Virus record (IMG/VR): IMGVR_UViG_3300032237_000707
Span: 1 to 32,376 of that record
Reading direction: 5' to 3' (one strand)
DNA from: a virus
Taxonomy: Duplodnaviria > Caudoviricetes
DNA: 32,376 nucleotides
Shown: positions 25,938 to 32,376 of the stretch, piece by piece
Position numbering within the stretch: position 1 is the stretch's first letter
Layout of the letters: each line of letters starts with the position of its first letter
Position numbers and translations under genes: made by a program
Notes under the pieces: generated by a model
Told to the model about the DNA's origin: nothing
Seen by the model: the letters and a program-made list of their open reading frames with translations, nothing else
Database searches by the model: none

Positions 25938-26398
25938 TCCTAGGTATTGACCCAGGGCTATCGTGCGGATGGGCGCTGCTCGACGGCGACGAGCGCATTG
26001 CGTCGGGCACGTGGGACCTCTCCGTTAGGTCCCGGTGGGAGGGCGCGGGGATCGGCTGGCTGCGGCTCCGGGCATCTCTCGGCCGGATGCTCGAGGACCA
26101 TCCGGTTCGGGCGGTCGCATATGAGGAGGTCCGACGACACGCGGGCACGGACGCCGCGCACGTCTACGGTGCGATCGTCGGCGTCGTCCAGTCGGTGTGT
26201 GAGGGGCGCAAAGTCCCGTACACGTCGATCCCGGTCGGGACCGCCAAGCGCATCGCGACGGGTCGGGGGAATGCGGGCAAGTCCGACGTCCTCGAGGCCG
26301 TCGTCGCGCGCTGGGGACACCGCGCCGAGACGGATGACGAGGCAGATGCACACTTCATCGCGCTGGCGTTGGTGCGAGACATCGGGGAGGGAACGTGA
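25934..26398 (+). CDS. ruvC: RuvC-like Holliday junction resolvase
   Basis: ILGIDPG, VAYEE, KRIATGRGNAGK, DDEADA motifs. Confidence 0.88.
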   Translation: MILGIDPGLSCGWALLDGDERIASGTWDLSVRSRWEGAGIGWLRLRASLGRMLEDHPVRAVAYEEVRRHAGTDAAHVYGAIVGVVQSVCEGRKVPYTSIPVGTAKRIATGRGNAGKSDVLEAVVARWGHRAETDDEADAHFIALALVRDIGEGT

Positions 26399-26796
26399 CA
26401 ACTAGACCAATCATGAAGCCATATGATGAATGTACAGCGGAGGAACGCGCGTCCTATCGGATGTTTCATGGACCAATGGCTACAACGCGGTGCCCTCGCA
26501 AACACTGTTGCACTGTTTGGATGGAGGTTGAGTTTCAGATCTGGGGGTACTACGGCCCATGCACCCCAATCAACGAATATCCTTCCTTGTGCATGCCACG
26601 GATGAAGGCAGGCATCAAAAGAATGGAGGAGTATTCATCGAAGTGGCAAGAAGTATGTGATCGGGTCGAACGAGACGGTGAGACCGCATGGGACACCTAT
26701 ATGCCTGAATGGGACAAGCCAGTTCGGTTTTATGTTGAACGTGTACGACTTGACATGATCAGATGGGATGAGCGAGACATCGGGGAGGGAACGTGA
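26374..26796 (+). repeat. 25-bp perfect direct repeat flanking one gene
   Basis: GCGAGACATCGGGGAGGGAACGTGA at 26374-26398 and 26772-26796; degenerate copy at 27016-27038. Confidence 0.92.
26395..26796 (+). CDS. Hypothetical protein, lower-GC insert (133 aa)
   Basis: GTG start inside repeat; about 50% GC in the part counted (26401-26460). Confidence 0.65.
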   Translation: MTTRPIMKPYDECTAEERASYRMFHGPMATTRCPRKHCCTVWMEVEFQIWGYYGPCTPINEYPSLCMPRMKAGIKRMEEYSSKWQEVCDRVERDGETAWDTYMPEWDKPVRFYVERVRLDMIRWDERDIGEGT

Positions 26797-27038
26797 TCGA
26801 ACCGTATATCCTAGGACATAGGTACTTTTTCGTCACCGAATACATGATCATCCGGGGACGGTTGCTTTGGGCAGGGAACAATGAGCTCATCATCGCCGAG
26901 GCCCAGACCATGAGCGGCGGAACGACCTGGTCATCGAGCGCGTTCGCCACGCGGCACGACATCGCGCCCCGAAACGACGAGGTTGTGATCCGGCGCTCGA
27001 AGGTGCATATCGCCTGCGAGATCGGGGAGGACCGATGA
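26793..27038 (+). CDS. Small beta-rich protein, possibly Sm/LSm-like (81 aa)
   Basis: LGHRYFFVTEYMIIRGRLLWAGNNELIIAEA and VVIRRSKVHI resemble Sm1/Sm2 spacing. Confidence 0.5.
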   Translation: MIEPYILGHRYFFVTEYMIIRGRLLWAGNNELIIAEAQTMSGGTTWSSSAFATRHDIAPRNDEVVIRRSKVHIACEIGEDR

Positions 27039-27400
27039 ACCCGCTCGGGTTGCGCGCCGTGCGCTGTGCTCGGTTTCGGTGGCTCGAAGGCATGCTATAC
27101 GACGACGGGCGCGACCTATGGCGCGTGACATCGCCTCGCCTCATCGATCTCCTTGAGGGCTCGCGGCAGCGCGTGCACATCGACCGCGTCCCCGTGCTCC
27201 AGGACCCCGCGACGATTGGATGCTTGGTCGCCCTCGTTCGCGCGGCATGGGATCACCCGGATCTGTCGGCGCATCGACACGGGATCGCTGGCGAGAGGGC
27301 GTGGACTGTGGAGGCAATGTTCTTCTGGGGCGGTGGCCGGGCGTGGTACGGCGAGTCCGAGGCCGAGGCGTTGATCGCGTGTCTCGAGGCTGCGCCGTGA
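27035..27400 (+). CDS. Conserved phage protein (121 aa)
   Basis: PVLQDPATIGCLVALVRAAW...SEAEALIACLEAAP motif recalled from other phage proteins; GGAGG RBS. Confidence 0.68.
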   Translation: MNPLGLRAVRCARFRWLEGMLYDDGRDLWRVTSPRLIDLLEGSRQRVHIDRVPVLQDPATIGCLVALVRAAWDHPDLSAHRHGIAGERAWTVEAMFFWGGGRAWYGESEAEALIACLEAAP

Positions 27401-28497
27401 AGGCGACCCTGATGGTCGGCGACTGTCGCGAGCGGTTGCGCGAGCTCGCCGACGCGAGCATCGACGCGGTCGTATCGGATCCGCCCTATGGTCTATCTTT
27501 CATGAACCGGGCGTGGGACTATGACGTGCCGAGCGCCGAGATCTGGCGTGAGGTGTGCCGCGTGCTCAAGCCGGGCGGACACCTTGTCGCGTTCTTCGGA
27601 TCGAGGACCTACCACCGGGGGGCGGTGGCGATCGAGGACGCGGGCTTCGAGATTCGGGATCAGCTCATGTGGTTGTATGGAAGCGGATTCCCGAAGTCCA
27701 TGGACGTGTCGAAGGCAATCGACAAGGCGGCGGGAGCGGAGCGGAACGTAGTAGGCACCAAGCTTGGCCTTCCGGGGTATTCTTTAGCCCCGGATAGGGG
27801 GAGGTCTGTCGCCTGCGTTCCACATACTGATCCCATATCCGAATGCAGCATCACAGCTCCCGCGACCGACGCCGCAAAAAAGTGGGCAGGATGGGGCACG
27901 GCTTTGAAGCCCGCGCATGAGCCGATCTGTCTGGCGCGGAAGCCGTTCTCGCGGACTGTGGCGGCGAACGTGCTCGAACACGGGACCGCAGCAATCAATG
28001 TCGATGGGTGTCGCATCCCGTTCGTTGGTCCGGATGGGGGATGGGGCGCGAAACAGGCGGCCTCAATGGGCTACCACTTCAGGACTGAGTCAAGCGAGTA
28101 CAAGACCAGCAAACACGATGCCGGGCGCTGGCCCGCCAACGTCCTACACGACGGGTCCGACGAGGTTGTCGAGCGGTTCCCGGAGGGCGCCGCCCGGTTC
28201 TTCTACACGCCGAAGGCAGACGCCGAGGACCGACACGATGGACTCCCGTCGAAGCTGCGGAACCGTCATCCGACGGTGAAGCCCATTGATCTGATGCGGT
28301 GGTTGGTGCGGCTCATCACGCCGCCGGGCGGGGTTGTCCTTGACCCGTTCATGGGGTCGGGGTCAACTGGGAAGGCATGCGCGGTTGAGGGCCGGGACTT
28401 CGTTGGCGTCGAGCTCGATCCGGAACACGTCAAGGTCGCCGAGGCGAGGATCGCGCACGCGGGCGGGTTGTTCGGATCGGTTGTGGTGCGGCCATGA
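27397..28497 (+). CDS. N6A/N4C DNA methyltransferase, beta class (366 aa)
   Basis: DPPY precedes HPTVKP and VLDPFMGSGSTG; GTGA overlap start. Confidence 0.92.
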   Translation: MKATLMVGDCRERLRELADASIDAVVSDPPYGLSFMNRAWDYDVPSAEIWREVCRVLKPGGHLVAFFGSRTYHRGAVAIEDAGFEIRDQLMWLYGSGFPKSMDVSKAIDKAAGAERNVVGTKLGLPGYSLAPDRGRSVACVPHTDPISECSITAPATDAAKKWAGWGTALKPAHEPICLARKPFSRTVAANVLEHGTAAINVDGCRIPFVGPDGGWGAKQAASMGYHFRTESSEYKTSKHDAGRWPANVLHDGSDEVVERFPEGAARFFYTPKADAEDRHDGLPSKLRNRHPTVKPIDLMRWLVRLITPPGGVVLDPFMGSGSTGKACAVEGRDFVGVELDPEHVKVAEARIAHAGGLFGSVVVRP

Positions 28498-29561
28498 TCT
28501 TTGGCTCCGTTTGTTCCGGCATTGAAGCGGCTTCGGTGGCGTGGCATCCGTTGGGGTGGCGCGCGGCATGGTTTGCGGAGATTGCCCCGTTCCCAAGCGC
28601 CGTGCTCGCTCATCGGTGGCCAACGGTTCCAAACCGTGGCGATTTTACGACCATAGGGGGAGACGATGCAATTGTCGATGTTCTCATCGGTGGAACGCCG
28701 TGTCAGAGCTTCAGTGTCGCCGGATTGCGCGGCGGTCTGGATGACGAACGCGGCGCCCTCACCCTTGAATATCTCCGACTGGTTGACCGCATACGGCCTC
28801 GGTGGGTCGTCTGGGAGAACGTTGCCGGTGTCCTGTCAACGGACGGCGGACGGGCGTTTGGAGCCTTCCTCGGGGGTCTGGAGAAACTCGGGTATGGGTG
28901 GGCCTATCGAGTCCTGGACGCTCAATACTTCGGAGTCGCCCAACGTCGTCGCCGAGTGTTCGTTGTCGCGCACGCTCGAGGCGCCTGGCAGCGTGCCGGG
29001 GCAGTACTATTTGAGCCCGCGAGCTTGTTTGGGGATCCTGCGGCGAGCAGAAGCGCGCGGCCGCGTGTTGCCGTTGACGCTCGCCGAAGCGCTGACAAGG
29101 GTAGCATCGCGCGAACCTTGACAACAAGCGGGCAACGTTTTGACGCGGATTCCGACACGTTCGTCGTTGATGTGTTGCCGTTTGACACTACACAGGTGAC
29201 ATCACGGGGTAACTATTCTGCTCCGAGGGTGGGCGATCCTTGTCATCCGCTCGCGGCCAGGGCTCACGCGCCCGCTATCTGCTTCAACGCTCGCCAGAAT
29301 CCAGACATCACCGGCGACATTTCGGACTGCCTCGGTGCGCAGGACAGAGGCCACGCCGTCCTTGCCGACACTGCGATCCGGAGGCTGACGCCGCGAGAAT
29401 GCGAACGGCTACAAGGCTTCCCCGATGATCACACGCTCGTACCCTATCGCGGGAAGCTGGCGGCTGATGGACCCCGCTATGCTGCGATCGGAAACTCCAT
29501 GGCCGTTCCGGTGATTCGATGGATTGGCGAGCGGATCGCCGCCGCCGACGCCGAGCCGTGA
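28494..29561 (+). CDS. C5-cytosine DNA methyltransferase (355 aa)
   Basis: Motifs I (SVCSGIEA), IV (GTPCQ), VI (WENV), VIII (QRRRR), IX (RRLTPRECERLQGFPD), X (GNSM). Confidence 0.93.
   Translation: MIFGSVCSGIEAASVAWHPLGWRAAWFAEIAPFPSAVLAHRWPTVPNRGDFTTIGGDDAIVDVLIGGTPCQSFSVAGLRGGLDDERGALTLEYLRLVDRIRPRWVVWENVAGVLSTDGGRAFGAFLGGLEKLGYGWAYRVLDAQYFGVAQRRRRVFVVAHARGAWQRAGAVLFEPASLFGDPAASRSARPRVAVDARRSADKGSIARTLTTSGQRFDADSDTFVVDVLPFDTTQVTSRGNYSAPRVGDPCHPLAARAHAPAICFNARQNPDITGDISDCLGAQDRGHAVLADTAIRRLTPRECERLQGFPDDHTLVPYRGKLAADGPRYAAIGNSMAVPVIRWIGERIAAADAEP
28666..29121 (+). CDS. Embedded alternative-frame gene, M.EcoHK31I beta-subunit-like (151 aa)
   Basis: +1 frame inside the C5 MTase; GGGGAG RBS; SLSRTLE...YYLSPRACLGILRRAEARGRVLP motif. 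Confidence 0.7.
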   Translation: MQLSMFSSVERRVRASVSPDCAAVWMTNAAPSPLNISDWLTAYGLGGSSGRTLPVSCQRTADGRLEPSSGVWRNSGMGGPIESWTLNTSESPNVVAECSLSRTLEAPGSVPGQYYLSPRACLGILRRAEARGRVLPLTLAEALTRVASREP

Positions 29562-29586
29562 CCATTCGGGCTCGCGGCGGTACAAT
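29558..29586 (+). promoter_or_regulatory. Sigma70-like promoter
   Basis: GTGACC(29558-63)-N17-TACAAT(29581-86). Confidence 0.5.
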
Positions 29587-29604
29587 GTGGCGAGGAGACC
29601 CGCC

Positions 29605-29862
29605 ATGACCGATCACGATCGCCCGATGGGAAAGAGCACGCTAGCCGTCGAGAAACAGAAGCTGATCCTGGAACAACGCAAGATCGAGCTCGCCGCCGAG
29701 GACCGCGCCAGGGATGACAGGCGGGCGATGATCCGGCAGATCCTCGCCGTCGTCGCCCTGCTCGCGGCGCTCGCTCTCGTCGGGGCGGCGCTGTATTGGG
29801 GACGGGCGTTCTCGTTCTCGGGGCTCGGGATCGAGGCAACGACCGGAGGTGCGCATGAGTGA
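29605..29862 (+). CDS. Single-pass membrane protein (85 aa)
   Basis: GAGGAG RBS; charged helix then ILAVVALLAALALVGAALYW. Confidence 0.7.
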   Translation: MTDHDRPMGKSTLAVEKQKLILEQRKIELAAEDRARDDRRAMIRQILAVVALLAALALVGAALYWGRAFSFSGLGIEATTGGAHE

Positions 29863-30328
29863 GCTACATATCTACGATTTCGATGCGACGCTGTATCGCA
29901 GCCCCGGGCCGCCAGAAGGTCAACCCGCCAGCGAATGGTGGGACAGTCCGGTCAGCCTGGACGGCGTCGGTCGTGCCGGATTCGATGATGGGTGGCGCAT
30001 GAACATCGTGCGCGACGCTCGCGAATCCATCGCTGACCCAGATGTCGAGGCCGTTGTGATCACCGGCCGGCGTCGGTTCGCTGGGATGACGAGGGCCGTC
30101 GAGCGGGCGCTCTCGCTCGCGGGCCTTCGATTCGACGACGTGATCTTGCGCCCCATGACCTCGACAGGAGACGTCTCCGCGTGGAAGGCCGCCGAGGTCG
30201 GTCGCCTGCTCGCAGGGATTGACGGGGCTGAGAAGGTCAAGATGTACGACGACAACTCAGATAACCTCCGGGCTGTGCGGGCGGTTGTCGAGCGCGCCGG
30301 CCTTGCGTTTGTCGCCAGCTCGCGGTAG
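29855..30328 (+). CDS. HAD-superfamily phosphatase, HAD_SAK/Pnkp-like (157 aa)
   Basis: IYDFDATL (motif I), ITGR (II), WK (III), YDD (IV); GGAGG RBS. Confidence 0.82.
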   Translation: MSELHIYDFDATLYRSPGPPEGQPASEWWDSPVSLDGVGRAGFDDGWRMNIVRDARESIADPDVEAVVITGRRRFAGMTRAVERALSLAGLRFDDVILRPMTSTGDVSAWKAAEVGRLLAGIDGAEKVKMYDDNSDNLRAVRAVVERAGLAFVASSR

Positions 30329-30331
30329 GGT
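30303..30331 (+). promoter_or_regulatory. Sigma70-like promoter upstream of VapE leader
   Basis: TTGCGT(30303-08)-N17-TAGGGT(30326-31). Confidence 0.45.
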
Positions 30332-30337
30332 GTTAGG

Positions 30338-30404
30338 GCCTCCTCGGCGCCGGAGTCATGATCCGGCCGCGTCGCCCCATCACGGGGCGGCGCTCCGAGA
30401 AGGC
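30338..30404 (+). ncRNA. Structured 5' leader (three-way junction) of VapE-like gene
   Basis: P1 30338-47/30395-404 (9 of 10 bp); P2 GCCGGA-gtcatga-TCCGGC; P3 GCGTCGCCCC-atcac-GGGGCGGCGC. Confidence 0.65.
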
Positions 30405-30420
30405 GAGACGAGGAGATAGC

Positions 30421-31935
30421 ATGACAGACCAACAGCCGGGCGACATCGCCCTCGGCGCGGCGCGTTCGCTCGTCGCGACGATACGATTACCCAGCGCGGA
30501 CTATACCGCCGCCGTCCGCGCATTCCTGGCCGCTCCGGGCGTCGCCGAGGACCTCGAGTACCTTGGCGAGCGCAAGGGGTGGCGCGAGCTCTCTGCCGAG
30601 CTGCGACTCGTCCCAGTCGTGTGGCGGGCGTTGTCGCCGCTGGTCAGGCCGAGACGACCGAGGGCAGACAAGCCAGCGCGGATCGACATCGCGGTCGAGC
30701 GCGCGATGAGTCCCGACATCTCCGGCGAGGGCGCCGTCGTCGGGCTGCTCCAGCGCGGCCGACCTCGCGAGGATGGTGGCGCGGCGCCGATCATTCGGAA
30801 CGGCTACAACCTCGGGATCATCCTCGGACATGACAGCCGGTGGCGAGGTCGAATCCGGCTCAATGAGTTTCGGTCCGACGAGGAGATCCGCGACGGCGAC
30901 CGATGGCGCGGCATCACCGACGTGGACGCGATCGAGATCGGGCGGTGGGTCTCGGAGCACTACCGACTCGATTACCAGACGGCGACGGTACATGAACAGC
31001 TCGTCGCGCTCGCTCATCGACAGCGAGCTCATCCCGTGCGTGACTACCTGCAGGCCCTGCTCTGGGACGGGGCGAAGCGCATGGACTCATGGCTCGGGGA
31101 CGTGTTCGGCGTCGAGCCGACCGTCGGCGCACATCGCGTCGGGCGTGCGTGGCTTATTTCGATGGTCGCGCGCATCATGGGCCCAGGCTGCAAGGTCGAC
31201 ACGGTCCCGATCTTGATCGGGAAGCAAGGGCTCCGAAAGTCGACGACGCTCCGGGCGATGATGCCGGATGCAACGTGGTTTAGCGACAGCGATATCCCGC
31301 TGCATCATTCCCAGGACAAGTATCAGGTCATTCAAGGCGTCTGGTTGTACGAGATCGCCGAGTTTGACCGATTCACGAGCAAGGCCGACGCCGCCGAGGT
31401 CAAGGCCTATGTGAGCTCGCAGCGGGACACGTTCCGGCGTTCGCACGGCCGGCGGGTCGCCAGCGTCGATCGTCAAGTGGTGTTTGCGGGCTCGACGAAT
31501 GCGGCCGAGTTCCTGGTCGATCCGACGGGTTCGAGGCGCTACTGGCCTCTCGTCTGCTCGCAGGCTGACCCGGATGTGATGCACCGGATCCGCGACCAGC
31601 TCTGGGCGGAGGCCGTCGCGGCCTATGAGGCTGGCGAATCGTGGTGGCTGTCGTCCGAGGTCGCCGCCGAGGTCGCCGAGATGGCTGACGCATTCCGGGT
31701 CGGCGACCCATGGGATGAGCCGCTCGGAGCGTGGCTCGCCGAGCACACCGCGACCGCTCGGATGTCGGGGCTGATCATGGCCGACATTCTGGCCGACGCA
31801 TGCGGCACCCCGATCGGGGTGGCGACGAAGCGGGAACAAGGGCGGGCGGGCGCCATTATGGTCAGGCTGGGGTGGGTGAAGAAGAAGCGGAAACACGACG
31901 TCCGGTGGTTCCCGCCGGTAGGTGGACACCTATGA
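30421..31935 (+). CDS. VapE (virulence-associated E)-family P-loop ATPase/helicase (504 aa)
   Basis: HPVRDYL, PGCKVD, Walker A GKQGLRKST, YEIAE, GSTN, DPTGSRRYW; GAGGAG RBS. Confidence 0.88.
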   Translation: MTDQQPGDIALGAARSLVATIRLPSADYTAAVRAFLAAPGVAEDLEYLGERKGWRELSAELRLVPVVWRALSPLVRPRRPRADKPARIDIAVERAMSPDISGEGAVVGLLQRGRPREDGGAAPIIRNGYNLGIILGHDSRWRGRIRLNEFRSDEEIRDGDRWRGITDVDAIEIGRWVSEHYRLDYQTATVHEQLVALAHRQRAHPVRDYLQALLWDGAKRMDSWLGDVFGVEPTVGAHRVGRAWLISMVARIMGPGCKVDTVPILIGKQGLRKSTTLRAMMPDATWFSDSDIPLHHSQDKYQVIQGVWLYEIAEFDRFTSKADAAEVKAYVSSQRDTFRRSHGRRVASVDRQVVFAGSTNAAEFLVDPTGSRRYWPLVCSQADPDVMHRIRDQLWAEAVAAYEAGESWWLSSEVAAEVAEMADAFRVGDPWDEPLGAWLAEHTATARMSGLIMADILADACGTPIGVATKREQGRAGAIMVRLGWVKKKRKHDVRWFPPVGGHL

Positions 31936-32207
31936 TGGGGTGTCCACCGGGGGTGTCCACCCAAAAGTGTGCGGTCTACCTATATGGTGGACAGGTGGAC
32001 ACCTGTGGACACCTACACGCACACATAAGAGAGATCTGGTGTGTGGCGCGCGCGCACACACGACAACACACACGCCCTGCAAGTACGCCGGAGGTGTCCA
32101 CACCTGTCCACCCTCAGCGCAAACGTAGCAACACAGCCGACGATCGCGCGTTGAGGGGGTGTCCACTGAGGTGTCCACCGGGGTGTCCACCGAGTAGGGG
32201 TGTCCAC
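31922..32207. repeat. Iteron-like array, putative replication origin
   Basis: 12 copies of core TGTCCAC/GTGGACA in both orientations at the 3' end of and downstream of the VapE gene. Confidence 0.8.
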
Positions 32208-32376
32208 CTCGAAGAGGAACGCATGACCGGAGGTAGCATGATCGTAGGTTGCACCGACCTTGTTAGCCCTGCTCGCACGCGCGCGCGGGGCGGTCGTGCG
32301 TCGAAGTGTAGGGTGTACCTACGCTATAACGCATGCACGGGGGTATCCCCCTTTTGTCACGGCCCGGGCCCCGACC

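Larger units (their letters stand above)
1..32376. mobile_element. Tailed dsDNA bacteriophage genome (siphovirus-like), apparently complete
   Basis: Canonical order terminase-portal-scaffold-capsid-tail tube-chaperone-tape measure-tail tip-lysis, then recombination/replication genes; no host genes; no sheath gene; first and last 8 nt identical (CCCCGACC). Confidence 0.93.

Noticed and set aside
26374-26796. 25-bp repeats as attL/attR or transposon target duplication
   Set aside because: No integrase or transposase and no terminal inverted repeats; the repeat is a gene-boundary sequence
30338-30404. Leader structure as tRNA, purine riboswitch or hammerhead
   Set aside because: No T-loop, D-loop or CCA; lacks purine-riboswitch junction residues and the CUGAnGA/GAAA hammerhead core
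30421-31935. VapE as a virulence factor
   Set aside because: Family name is historical; motifs and context indicate a replication ATPase/helicase
31922-32207. Repeat array as CRISPR, or short ORFs across it
   Set aside because: Repeats are 7-8 bp, in both orientations and irregularly spaced; no cas genes; ORFs just translate the repeats

Overview
The window looks like a complete or near-complete ~32.4-kb, high-GC tailed dsDNA phage genome of the siphovirus type. The + strand late arm (1-21.6 kb) carries terminase subunits, portal, scaffold, major capsid, head-tail connectors, tail tube, a tail chaperone with a -1 frameshift, tape measure, an Asp-box tail-tip protein, baseplate hub, small tail-accessory genes and an M15 peptidase lysis cassette. 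A short - strand early arm (21.6-24.4 kb) encodes an acidic first gene, a RecT-like annealase, a DEDDy exonuclease and three winged-HTH proteins. After a divergent promoter/operator region, a + strand arm (24.6-31.9 kb) encodes an XRE HTH, RuvC, two DNA methyltransferases (one with an embedded alternative-frame gene), a HAD phosphatase and a VapE-like helicase, followed by a 12-copy iteron-like region. No integrase, CI-type repressor, DNA polymerase or obvious primase was recognised. The most unusual signal is a pair of related three-way-junction leader RNAs with shared loop sequences, one before the major capsid gene and one before the VapE gene, each behind a sigma70-like promoter and each able to mask the ribosome-binding site. 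All calls come from reading motifs and synteny by eye; no database searches were run.
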